From assembly GCF_001194135.2 (NCBI RefSeq), contig NC_068982.1, forward strand, positions 116,467,875 through 116,527,731: DNA of 59,857 bases. Direction: 5' to 3'. The position numbers and the translations under genes were made by a program. The DNA comes from Octopus bimaculoides (lineage: Eukaryota). Position 1 is the first letter of the stretch. Every line of letters starts with the position of its first letter. Below, piece by piece: positions 26,101 to 37,769 of the stretch. Under the pieces are notes generated by a model. That model did not search any database, was not told the origin of the DNA, and saw nothing but the letters and a program-made list of their open reading frames with translations.

Positions 26101-29100
26101 CCTGTGGCTACAGGAACGACAAAGCAATTCTTCACAGAATGTACACCTGAAAAAAAAAAAAAAATTCAGCTTGCTAAACTACATGGCATTTTGTAAGAAA
26201 AGGGAGAGTATGGTGTTTATAATAGGCCAAGATGACCATATTACATTCATTTATTCATTTAACTTCCGTTTTTTCCATGTTAAGCAAGTATTTGAGACAG
26301 GATTTTATGACAGGATGTTCTTCCTGTCACCAACCCTCACCTACGCAAATTCTTATACAGGTTTTCAAAAGTGCAAAGTGACCAATCATAATGTCAACAT
26401 ATCACTGCCTTGCTCAGGCAAAGCTGAGTGTTTGTAAAGTTTATACATGCCTCCGCCCCTTCAACACACACATGGTAGGTTTCCTATATTTTCCATCTTC
26501 TAAATTTACTTACAAGGCATTTATTAGCCTTGGGCTATATTTGAAGACAATTGCCATGATTGTGCTAATTCCTGATTGCATTTTCCAGAATTATAAAATA
26601 GGTCACATAGTTCACATCAATCAGGAGTGACCATTTGTCTTATGAGGTTTACAAGACTTTTAACTGACTGGAATGTAACATGGAGGTAAATAAAAAGGAG
26701 TGCCAGAAATCACTTGATATATATTACTCAGTTTTTCTGCAGACATCAACCTACAGGTGTTTAAAATAAACATCATTTGAATCAGTCTCACCGATTTCAT
26801 TAATACCTTTTACCTCTTCCTTTCTTTAAGTCACCTGACTGTGGCCATGTTGGGGTACCACATTGAAAGGTTTTAGTGGAACAAACTGAATCGACCTCAG
26901 GACTTTTAAAATTTTAAGTCTGGTACATATTCTATCGGTCTCTTTTACTAAACCCCTAAGTAATGGGGACATAAACACACACACACACACACAACAGGTA
27001 TCTTTCAGCTTGTCTACTGAATCCATTCACAAGGTTTTGTTTGTCCTAGACCTATAGTAGAAGACACTTGCCCAAGATGCCACATGGTGGGACTGAACCT
27101 GGAACCATGTGGTTGGGCAGCAAGCTTCTTATCACACAACCACACCTAAATTTCATCAGTCTAGAAGGCTTTGGAAATATCACAGGTACTATACATTTTT
27201 CTGTGACTGACATAAAAAAGAATCTTCCCTTGTTGACAGAACAGTCAGACCAAATGAAGTACTTTATCAACAAATTATTTTTGACAGAATGATGAATATC
27301 TAGATAAAAGGTGGAGACGAGTCTCCATGAACAAACATTTACCACTTAGTTTGATAACATCACGGGCCAAACAGTTTGTTATTTTCATTAGAACACTGGA
27401 ACCCGCTGCCTTTGGCTGGATTGCAGTGATATCTCCAGATCGACCAATTCCATGACCCAATCTTAAAAAGAAGACAGAAAAATTTAAAACTGTAAAACAT
27501 GAAAAAAATAAAATACATAAATATCCTAAAAACTCTCAAATTTTTGCAAAGTAAATATGAATGGTGAATTTCAATGCTGTGTTGGACTCAACACCATCAA
27601 CTTCAGTATTAACCCCAGGAGACTGGAAACTGACCTTGGAAAGATTTGAACTCAGGATGTAAAGAAGTGGAACAAATATCACTAAGATAGTTTTCCAACA
27701 TTCTAACAGTTCAACCAAACATCTCAAACTTATTTAAAATATATTTTCAGGTCAGACTGGACTGAGTACAACTGCACATACCTAAAATAACACTCAATAG
27801 GTCTACTCAAGCATGGCCTGTCGCCCGACGATTCAAAGGTACTTTTTAAATGGGTTGGTTATGTGACACTTGTATAGGCTATGGCTGTGATCTCACTTTA
27901 CTTGCCAGGTCTTCTCAATCACAGCATATCTTCAGAGGATTCAGTCTCTTGTCATTGCCTCTGTGAGGCCCAATGTTTAAAGGTTGTGCTTCACCACTTC
28001 ATCCAATGTCTTCCTGGGTCTCCCCCTTTCACAAGTTCCTTCCACTGTTAGGGAGTGACACTTCTTCACACAGCTCTCCTCATCCATATGCAGCACATGA
28101 CCATGACCATACCAGTGCAGTCATCTCTCTTGCACAATACATCTGATGCTTTTTATGTCCAACATTTCTCTCAGGGTACTTACACTCTGTCGTGTATGCA
28201 CACTGACATTACACATCCAGCAGATCATACTAGCTTCATTTCTTTCAAGCCTATGTATGTCCTTAACAATCATGGCCCATGTTTCACTGCTGTGAAGCAT
28301 GGCAGTTCACACACATGCATCATACAGTCTACCTTTCACTCTGAGTGAGAAGCCTTTAGCACCAGCAGAGGTAGGAGCTTTCTGAACTTTTCCCAGGCTA
28401 TTCTTATTCTAGTGGCAATGCTCTCAGAGCATCCACCCCAACTACAGACTTGGTCACCTAGGTAGTGGAAGCTATCAACTACTTCTAGTTTCTTCCCCTG
28501 GCATATGATGGAATCTGTTTTCTGAGCATCTTCGGTGTTTATTGCTCCTGTGCATCTGCCGTACACAAAAACTATCATCCCGGTTAACACTCCTTTGATG
28601 TTGCTGCACCTCTTATGCATCCATAGCTTACACTGGGTACATGTTATGGAGTTTCTACCTACACCTTTTCTACAGATTGAGCAGGCCCATCTACCTGAAG
28701 GAGTTTGTGATTTGTTCGCCTTCCTACTTACTAGGACTTTGGGTTTTGCAACATTGACTCTAAAGCTCTTTGATTCTAAACCTTGCTTTCACACCTGAAA
28801 TTTCTTCTCTAGTTCTGGTAATCATTCTGTTATGAGATCAAGATCATCAGCATAGAGGAGCTCTCAGGGGTAGCCTGTCTTGAATTCCTCTGTTATTGCC
28901 TGGAGGACTATGATGAATAAGAGGGGGCTGAGGACTGATCCTTGGTGAACCCCTACTTCTACAAGGAATTCTTCACAATACTCGTTGCCAACCCTTTTCT
29001 TACTGACAGCATCCCTGTACAGCTCTTACTAACCACTTATCCCTAGTTTCCACATTGCCTACCAAATAAGGGATCGGGGGACCCTGTCAAAGGCTTTCTC

Positions 29101-30861
29101 CAAGTCAGCAAAAGCCAAGTACAGGGGTTTATCTTTGGCTAGGTATTTCTCCTGCAGTTGCCTTACCAGAAATATAGCATCAGTGGAGCTTCTACCTGGC
29201 ACAAAATCGAATTGCATCTCATCTAGGCTGACTCTCTCCCTAATTAGTTGGGTTATGACCCTCTCTGTGACTTTCATCTATATACATATATTTCTACACA
29301 CACATAGGCTTCTACAATGTATGTTAGCTACATGTTGTGGCCCAGCTAGCAGCATACGGGCAGTTGGTAAACCTTGTAGGCCTACAAAGTCTATTGGGCT
29401 AAACATCTAAAAGGATGTTTAACATTAAAGGGGTGTTAACTTCACTGCACAAACCTCTCTAGTAAGGGTCAAGGTTACACTATAGATAAAAATAAGCGAC
29501 AAAGCTGTATTTAACACAACAAAAGTTATAGATACAACGTACATGAGAATAATAATAAAGAAATCCCCTGAAATAAATAAAAAAAAATCAAATAATACTT
29601 GTATGTATTACCTATAGTGTCGTTTAGCAACCAGTTGTGATGCTAACCTGGCTTCACGCTCTCCAACACCACAGTTACCCATGAAGTTGTTGCTGTCCAT
29701 CACAGCCAGTTCATGTAACACAAGTTCTATGGTGAGATCATCCCAGCCTTCTTGGGGAAGTTTCCTCTGAAAGCATAGATTAATAGAGATAATGTGTATC
29801 AAGTAACTTTGGTTCTTGAGTATCTTTAGCAAGATTCATTCTATTGCAAGCATTTAAATCATATACAGCTCCCCTATTGCAGTCCTTTCTCACTCACAAT
29901 TAACCGGCAGATGATTAGATAATCATGAAGTGAATTAATCTTATCAGTCATGGTAGTGATTTGTTTTCTATAGTAACAAGTATATAATGATAAGGAGCTG
30001 TTTAACCATAACAACAGTTATGTCCCTTAGATCTTTTTCAGTCACATCAACTATGCCGACGATGAAAATCTCTTTTAAAATGATTTAAAAGTTAACTGGA
30101 ACTTTCTTTATCATACCAAGACATAGCGTAGTAACATAAATTTCGGATACGTATCGTACTGTTGTTGTTTAGACTCAAGGCAGCCCTGATAGAGCACATC
30201 TATGATGAAAGACTTTCCAGTTGGGGGCCATCTGTTTTCTTAAGTGTATATAGGACTACATTATATCATATATTCTTATATATTCTGAATCTAAAATGGT
30301 TGGCTGTGATTTGAGGAAGATTTGGCTGCTATCTCTAGAAAATCAAGTGTACACATTGAGGCTTCAGGCTTCATTGCTGGTTTGTACCAGTTGTCATATG
30401 AGTGGATGGAGCATTGTGGGAAAACATTTGTAGATAGAAAATTAAGAAGCAGTTTTGCTGTTTAACCCGCACTCAACATTGACCGAGGATAGCTTTAATG
30501 AATGTCATTGCAACTATGACTATACTATCATTTTAGTATTTATCAATATCTAGAGATTTGATGCATCCTTTCTTTATCCCAAGATGGCTTCTATTTTTAG
30601 CAGTTGTAGTAATACACCACAAGTGGGATCTCTTGTTAAAAAATATTATTAGTTGTGACGTAGATTTTTATATGTCCAACTTGGCACATACTCATATTAG
30701 ATACATTTTCTGAGTCTAAAAAAGCAGATATTAATTATAACACTTACATGCTGCAAGAGTTCCTTCAGTTTTGCTTCATGACGCTGCCGAGCCTGGTTCC
30801 CTTGCTGGATGTAGCCCACAGATACAAGCTGCTCACACAGAGTGGACACACTGGAATTCAT
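16832..30861 (-). CDS. SEPSECS: O-phosphoseryl-tRNA(Sec) selenium transferase (SepSecS), complement(join(16832..17162,18448..18529,19308..19493,20186..20315,23797..23899,25064..25217,25988..26146,27343..27461,29612..29766,30748..30861)), 510 aa
   Basis: Ten GT-AG exons give an unbroken 1533-nt frame. Family motifs include [55 protein letters not shown] and the PLP-lysine motif [13 protein letters not shown]. Confidence 0.97.
18448..18529 (-). CDS. SEPSECS: SEPSECS coding exon 9
   Basis: [28 protein letters not shown]; acceptor ttccatag, donor AG|GTAAGT. Confidence 0.94.
19308..19493 (-). CDS. SEPSECS: SEPSECS coding exon 8
   Basis: [40 protein letters not shown]...NNQISM; donor GTAAGT. Confidence 0.95.
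20186..20315 (-). CDS. SEPSECS: SEPSECS coding exon 7 (PLP lysine)
   Basis: [43 protein letters not shown]; donor GTAAGT. Confidence 0.96.
23003..23510 (+). mobile_element. RTE-clade LINE RT fragment (antisense in SEPSECS intron 6)
   Basis: [33 protein letters not shown] and [18 protein letters not shown] motifs. Confidence 0.85.
23797..23899 (-). CDS. SEPSECS: SEPSECS coding exon 6
   Basis: [34 protein letters not shown]; AG and GT flanks. Confidence 0.96.
24038..24260. mobile_element. Mariner-derived MITE
   Basis: TIRs TATGAGGTGAAGCTGAAAAGTTCCTG and CAGGAACTTTTCAGCACCCACCCCTGTA. Confidence 0.7.
25064..25217 (-). CDS. SEPSECS: SEPSECS coding exon 5
   Basis: [18 protein letters not shown]...[14 protein letters not shown]; AG and GT flanks. 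Confidence 0.96.
25988..26146 (-). CDS. SEPSECS: SEPSECS coding exon 4
   Basis: [52 protein letters not shown]; AG and GT flanks. Confidence 0.96.
27343..27461 (-). CDS. SEPSECS: SEPSECS coding exon 3
   Basis: [39 protein letters not shown]; AG and GT flanks. Confidence 0.96.
27900..29280 (-). mobile_element. RTE-clade LINE, 5-prime truncated, RT to 3-prime end (SEPSECS intron 2)
   Basis: [68 protein letters not shown] and [13 protein letters not shown]...[14 protein letters not shown]. Confidence 0.9.
29612..29766 (-). CDS. SEPSECS: SEPSECS coding exon 2
   Basis: [51 protein letters not shown]; AG and GT flanks. Confidence 0.96.
30748..30861 (-). CDS. SEPSECS: SEPSECS first coding exon (38 aa)
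   Basis: [38 protein letters not shown] followed by donor GTAAGT. Confidence 0.9.
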
Positions 30862-33271
30862 TTCTGCTCACAACTAAAAACAAATAATTAAAAAGCAATG
30901 AAAGCCAAGAGTAGTGTGGTGAAGTAAAACAAATCTTAAAATATTGATTTAACATGAGAAAGAGGCAAATTTAACCTATTTCCTGTGACAAAGTATACTG
31001 CCCAAAATGTTATAATTTACCTCTTCCACACAATAAACCAATACGTTCTACATTTGAACTATTTGTGTTCACTAACTGTTAACATAGAACGTTACTAGTT
31101 TCCAATGATCTCATTGTTTATTATGATATAAATGCTTTCCTCAATTAATAATAATGATTTCTAACATAGGCACACAACTACACATTTTTGAGTAGGGAAA
31201 ATAATCTTATATTCATCCAAGTACATAACTGGTACTTATTTATTTCTAACATGATAAAAGGGAAGTTGATCTTGGCAGGATTTAAACTAAGAAAACAGAA
31301 TGGGAAAATATATCACAAGGCTTTTCATTTGGTAATCAACTAATTGCCAACTATAGGTACAAAGACCACTTATTTTAGGGAAGGAGTAAAGTTGATCCGG
31401 TAACTCCTAGTATATTACTGGTACTTAAGGTTATGGAATGACAAAGGTTTGACGTTTGTTCTGGGTTTTCATGTTCTGAGTTCAAATCCTGTTGTCAACT
31501 TTACCTTTCATCTTTTTCCAGAGTCAATAAAATAAAGTTGAGATCTTAGAAGTGAGTAAATAGGCCAGGTGTTAGTAAGGTCAGAGAAGTTGCTTTCTTT
31601 GTGGACGGATATATTGTAGCATGTTTCTAAACACCAGAATAGCCAACTGTAGAGAGAGAATGATTGAAGAGACTGGTGAAGATAGGAGCCATCTCTGGAG
31701 CACACTGTTTAAAAGTAATTGAAGGGAACAATGCCAGGGCTACCAGCCTTATCCTGACATAGTCATGATGACTAGCAGAGTCAGTCTTTGACCCTCCTCC
31801 TAATCAAAATAAAAGCACCAGTTATTTATTTATACTCACAAATCCTTGAGCACACTCAATAGATTAAATTTATTCTATTACATTTTATAGGCAAATGAAA
31901 AAAGGTAGTAAACATCAGTTAGAGTAAAGTCAAGGTTAGTTAGGATTGATAAGACAAAATAGAACAAATTCAATGTGGAGGGGTGGAGGCGAACATAACT
32001 GGTGAATGCAAGTAACTATTACTGCTAGCAGTATGTTTTGATATGGTTACTTCACGATAACCGCATCTTGTAAATTTATGCTTTTTTAATAATGAAACCG
32101 TATAGATTTTTAATAGTGATTATGTATGAACACGAAGGGGTGGGGTCAAATTTGCGCTTGTGGTATGTGCGGACAACTTTACGTTTGTGCTATCTGAGGT
32201 CAACTTTGCCTTTGTAGTAAAAGTTAAAATCTCAATAGGGCCAAATTGGGTGTAAACTTAACCAAATTCCTGGTTTAAAAATCACCACCTCGCACACTGG
32301 GCATCTTTGACGAAGTCCATTCTGTGCAAGCATTCGGGCCAAGTTTTTGGTTTAAGGATACTTTTCTCTCTGCGTTCCTTGGACGCCAATGTACGGATCA
32401 TGGGCACTGCCTTTTTTCCTGAGTGCATAAAGTAACGTGATTCTTTTAGACAACCTATTTAAAGAACACCCATACAGGATGGTTGCACTCCATAGCGGTA
32501 GTTGTTGTTTATTCGTATGTTGTTAACTGCTATTAACCTGACGTATGATCAGAGTTATGTTAGCCATCACCATTCTGTGTGTGTCGGAATACTTTAGCCA
32601 ATGTTTCTTTTCCTTTCTCAGACAGTGATTTGAGGAAGAACTGGAAGTTATTTCTAGCATGACAAGCGACCACACCTAAGCTCCATCGCTGAATGATAAC
32701 TTAAGGTGTATATAGTTATTGAGATACCTGGCGTAGTTAATCCTCTGACGTTTTCTGAAAATTTTTTCTATTAGAAATGAGAAGGCAGAATTTAGTAAAA
32801 TATAGCAGACACGAGAGAGACAGAGATGTTAAAACACCAACGGAAAGCTTTCGCATCAAGTAACACTAATTTATCATACTACATACCGGTAAATGCTCAT
32901 CAAAACATTGCAGAGTATGAAAAGTGGCAAAAATATTAAATAACCTTTAGAAAAGTTGCACAGCAGCAAGCAATTATCAAAATAACAATTACGCCGGTTA
33001 ATTAATAAAAACGGTGTTAGGCGAAGAAAGTTCCTGGTGCTATTTCAAAATATAAATCGTGATATAACACCGGTAAAATTTATATTTTGAAACAACGTAT
33101 ATTTGTGAAACATATGTGTTGATGTATGTCACAAATATAGGGCGAAAAGATTAAATTTTATATTAGCAAATTTACATGTGAAGTATTCTGTACCGTTTAT
33201 TCCTTTCTGTAAAGCAAAAATCGGCAAACTTTTTGTGAGGTGGGCCGTATTGGAAATGCTTTTACGTCTTG

Positions 33272-33561
33272 TAGGCTTCTCAAAGTATGATGTGACGTAC
33301 CGGTAGTTTTTTACCCCCAATGTGTCAGGGGCCGGTCACATTTCTTAGTAATATTAATTTATACCGGAAACAATATATATATAATGTATATAATAAAAGT
33401 TGACAACTTTTTAAATCTTATATTTATTTTGTAAACAAATAATATAATATTACATAGGTATTTTATAATGTTTCTTTCTTTTCTGGAAACTCGTCGCGCA
33501 CCGGCAGCTGATGGCACGCGAACCGGTGCCGGTCCGCGGACCACCACTTTGAGGAGCACTG
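33272..33561. mobile_element. hAT-Charlie/MER5-like MITE
   Basis: The right end reads CAGTGCTCCTCAAAGTGGTGGTCCGCGGACCGG on the minus strand; the left end is the degenerate GCTTCTCAAAGT; the right flank is TTGTAGAC. Confidence 0.55.
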
Positions 33562-33861
33562 TTGTAGACCAAAGCGGGAAAAATAAAGATGAAAACCTGA
33601 TCACACAAGTCTGTAGCAGTAATAGAAATGGGGATGTATGCAGGGGAAGACGTTCTCCTGTTTCCCAACCTCAGTCAAACGCACTTTAAGCATACATCTA
33701 ATTCATAAAACCTACTTCCATAACTGGACTATTGGAACAACTTTTTCAAAGAATTTAATGACACCCGTTGTAAAGAATGTCTACAAATTAAATGATGTAA
33801 AAATCAGTATGCACTATGCTTGACATGGCAGGCAGTGGAGCGTGAAAACGGTTTTGGCTAG

Positions 33862-34138
33862 TGTGATGTAAAGGAAGAAAAAAGACAGAAGCGAAGAGAG
33901 AATTACGGTAGTCTTACCTGTCGGTCCGGAGAAAGGGCCACTTTCAACATCCACGTGCTGTCACGATCTCCAAGGTTCACTCCACGTCCACATGCGCTTA
34001 TCGTTACTCTACCGTCTCACACGTCCGCTCTGATGTGCTGTGCGCCGCTGGCTGACCCTCGTGCTTCCCTGAATGCCGCATGTCCACCGCAGCACTTCCG
34101 GGGGGATCTAAAGGCCCCACTTCCGATCCTTCCCTACA
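33862..34138. repeat. LTR copy 1 (runs into gap)
   Basis: Begins TGTGATGTAAAGG; a direct repeat (roughly 85-90% identical by eye) of 37136-37443. Confidence 0.8.
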
Positions 34139-34639
34139 NNNNNNNNNNNNNNNNNNNNNNNNNNNNNNNNNNNNNNNNNNNNNNNNNNNNNNNNNNNNNN
34201 NNNNNNNNNNNNNNNNNNNNNNNNNNNNNNNNNNNNNNNNNNNNNNNNNNNNNNNNNNNNNNNNNNNNNNNNNNNNNNNNNNNNNNNNNNNNNNNNNNNN
34301 NNNNNNNNNNNNNNNNNNNNNNNNNNNNNNNNNNNNNNNNNNNNNNNNNNNNNNNNNNNNNNNNNNNNNNNNNNNNNNNNNNNNNNNNNNNNNNNNNNNN
34401 NNNNNNNNNNNNNNNNNNNNNNNNNNNNNNNNNNNNNNNNNNNNNNNNNNNNNNNNNNNNNNNNNNNNNNNNNNNNNNNNNNNNNNNNNNNNNNNNNNNN
34501 NNNNNNNNNNNNNNNNNNNNNNNNNNNNNNNNNNNNNNNNNNNNNNNNNNNNNNNNNNNNNNNNNNNNNNNNNNNNNNNNNNNNNNNNNNNNNNNNNNNN
34601 NNNNNNNNNNNNNNNNNNNNNNGAATATTACCCTGTGTG

Positions 34640-36422
34640 GCACTGACTCCTCAGCCTGTCCCGTCCTGGGTGACATATTATACCAAAAAACGGCATCAAC
34701 CGGTGAGATGTGGCCCCTCTCTGCTATGGTCTTGATGGTACGATGATGCCTCTCCGAACTTCATTGCCACTTGGCCGGTATGCCGTCCTGAAGAAACGGC
34801 TGACATGCCACTTGTAGAGCATTTCCCCCAACACCTCCGAGCGAAACGCAGTGCCATTGTCCACAAGCAGCTCATCCACAGGGCCTTGTTCTAGGAATAC
34901 CTCATTCAGTATTCTTGTGATTTCCTCCCCGGTCCCCGTCTTCATCTCCTTCCATATGGCCAACCATCAAGAGGTATGTCCCCTGCAGGTAGTGCGTCAC
35001 GTCCACTGCCAGTCGTGTTCCACTTGAATGCTTCCTGCCTCGTGCACACCCGGAGCAAAGTCAATGGACTGGCACCTGTCGCAGCTCCCAACTACTCTTT
35101 GCACACTCTGCCTGGTCACGTCCGAGTCAACTTTCCTAGTTAGGAACAGGGTCCTGTCCATCCCCATGTGATGCATGGTATGCAATCTCCTCAGCTCCGA
35201 GTCACTCAGTCGACACATCGCAGCCACTCCTTGCACCTGCAATCAGGCTCTCTTTATTCTCGTCAGGGCGTCCACTCTATTCTTCTCTGAGGGCACAAAA
35301 ACCACACTCAGCCTCAAGTCAAACTCGGCAGCTAGCTCGCCCAGAATTGCCAGACGGCGTTTTATCAGCATCTCTGCACCCCATTTGATTCGCACCCTCC
35401 GCTCGCTTGTGATCACTGATTCCCTCACAGTCCGGATCTCGATGGAACGCAGCCCCCACCTCAGGGCCAGGTTCAGCCCTTTCAGCACGGCATCCAGCTC
35501 CGCCATGTTGATGCGGTTACAGTCGTCCTTCTTCCTAAGCCAGGCCACATCCTCCACCACGACACCTCCAATTTCCAGGACAACTCCCGTCGCTATGCTG
35601 CTGGCATCACACCACACGATCCCCTTCTTCAATTTGGGCACATACCAGTTCCTCTCTTACTGGGTCCTCTGCAGTCACCCTCTCCAAGACTTCTTGCATC
35701 ATGGTGGCTGTCTTTTCGCCTACGTCATCACTCCACCTCACTCCTTCAGCTCGCCTCTTGATGAAGCTGCATGTCGTCCGGAACCATCCTGCAACCGGGT
35801 AGTGTCCCAGTAACTTCCCACACACAGAAAACAGTTCGCGCCTACTCGTCTTTGAGCCCAGTTCTGGAATTTCATTCCCTCTCCGAAACACCAACACGCT
35901 AGCCTTGTCACTCCGTAGCTTGAGTCCCAGGGCAGTTCTTCCTTTCATTGCCTCCGGTGGTTTGGCAGTTAGCCCCAAACTCTTCAGGTGGCTTATGACC
36001 TCCTTTGCCGACACTATTTTCTCATCCACCAGGATGTCATCAATATAGGAATTCGTGGCTCTTTTCACTTTGTCGGCCTTTCTCAGGAGGGTCTTGAGAA
36101 TTGTCGCCACAATCTTCGGGGCTGAATTCAGCCCGAATCCCAACCTGGTCAGGCAGTACGTCCGTCCCTTATACCTTACCAGCTGATATTTCCACAGTCT
36201 TTCAGCCACATGCAGCTGCAGGTATGCCGATTTCAAGTCGACGATTGTGGAGGCCCCCGTCATCTCCCTCCACTCTCTCAAGGTTTCGCTACAAGTGTCC
36301 GTAGCTTCACCGCCCGTATGGTACAATACGTGGTCGTTCAGCTCCCGGAAATCCAATACTGGCCTAACTTTATGTTTCGTCGGCTGCACCACTGCCATCA
36401 GCGGTAGCACTCCAGTCTTCAC
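34640..36422 (-). mobile_element. Ty3/Gypsy pol pseudogene (RT, RNase H, integrase; frameshifted)
   Basis: RPVLDFRELN, IVDLKSAYLQ, FGLNSAP, YIDDIL, CDASSIATG, INMAELDA, HHMGMDRT, CDRCQ and LLVDNGTAF motifs in RT-RH-IN order. Confidence 0.93.
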
Positions 36423-36688
36423 TTCCTCCTTCCAAGGAATCAGAACACCTTCCTTGATCCCTGGTCCACCTCTCCCTCGAACTCACTTCTGGCATCTCCT
36501 TTCAGGGTATGCTGATAGCAGCCTACTGCGTTCTTCAATGTCGGAGGATCTCCCTTCCACTGCCGGCCATCGAACACGGTTCGAANNNNNNNNNNNNNNN
36601 NNNNNNNNNNNNNNNNNNNNNNNNNNNNNNNNNNNNNNNNNNNNNNNNNNNNNNNNNNNNNNCATAGCGTCCCCGCATCACCGAACAC

Positions 36689-36718
36689 TGGTGCCGAACC
36701 TGGGAATGAACCAGGGAC
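36689..36718 (+). other. Primer-binding site complementary to mature tRNA-Phe 3-prime end
   Basis: TGGTGCCGAACCTGGGAATGAACCAGGGAC versus the tRNA-Phe(GAA) reverse complement TGGTGCCGAAACCCGGGATCGAACCAGGGAC. It follows an ACA-C LTR-like end and precedes gag. Confidence 0.8.
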
Positions 36719-36753
36719 TTCAAACGAGAAAAAAAAAATGATGTGTATGGTTC

Positions 36754-37133
36754 GTGTTTCGAGGAGATGTGACCGCTTGGCCGCAAAAAATTAAGTTGGT
36801 GGCAAGACTCCAAGGTATAGATGATCTAGCGAGTTTTATACCGTTGTACCTCGATGGATCGGCATTGGCGCTATACCTGGAAATGGAAGAGAAGGACCAG
36901 TTGAGCGCAGAAAAAATAGAAGGCTGGCTGATGGAGGCTTTCACAGAAGGGCCATTTATGGCATATGGTCAACTGAGGAAAACAAAGTGGATGGGAGAAC
37001 AGGTCGATGTGTTTGCCAACGAAACCAGGAGATTGGCTAGACTCATGGGATATAGAGATGGCGCGTTAAATTAGCCTTTGTGACAGGATTTCCTGACCAC
37101 GTGTTGGTCGTGCTGCAAAAGCTGCCGAAATAG
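36754..37133 (+). mobile_element. Ty3/Gypsy gag N-terminal pseudogene
   Basis: GDVTAWPQKIKLVARLQGIDDLASFIPLYLDGSALALYLEM...QVDVFANETRRLARL...AFVTGFPDHV, lying just downstream of a PBS. Confidence 0.72.
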
Positions 37134-37135
37134 CT

Positions 37136-37443
37136 TGTGATGTAAAGGAAGAAAAAAGACAGAAGCGAAGAGAGAATTACGGTAGTCTTACCTGTCAGTC
37201 CGGAGAAAGGGTCACTTTCAACATCCACGTGCTGTCACAATCTCCAAGGTTCACCTCCACGTCCACGTGCGCTATCCGTTGCTCTACCGTCTCACACTTC
37301 CGCTCTGATGTACTGTTCGCCGCTGACTGACTCTCGTGCTTCCCTGAATGCCGCATGCCACCGCGGCACTTCCGGTGGGATCCACAGGCCCCACTTCCGA
37401 CAAGACATGCCTACTCCCTCACTTCCGATCCTTCCCTACAACA
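37136..37443. repeat. LTR copy 2 (TGT...ACA, 308 bp)
   Basis: Direct repeat of 33862-34138 with TGT/ACA termini and imperfect terminal inverted repeats. Confidence 0.82.
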
Positions 37444-37769
37444 CAGCATGGCACATAACACCACAGCTAGGACAGAAGTGATTGTGTTCTAGCAAGTTTA
37501 ACTGCTTTCTTCAACAGATAAATAAATACTTTTTTCGTCACTACTCTCTTAAAATCGATAAGTCATGTAAACTGTATTACAGCAGTGTTTCAGACGCTAC
37601 CAATCTATTTAAACATGGATTCACTATTCAGTCCTAGGCTAAATCTTATATTATATTTAATTTAAAACTGAAGCTTAATTCAACTTAATTACAACTAGTT
37701 TCTGTTATAGCAAATTAGATACTGTAGCAAGCATGTTCAGTTTGGCTCTTTACCTTTAAATACATACAT

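Noticed and set aside
32200-32440. Possible piggyBac C-terminal Cys-rich domain relic on the minus strand (KYP..RM.AQNGLRQRCPVC..KPG)
   Set aside because: Needs several frameshifts, no TIR found, and too degenerate to call.
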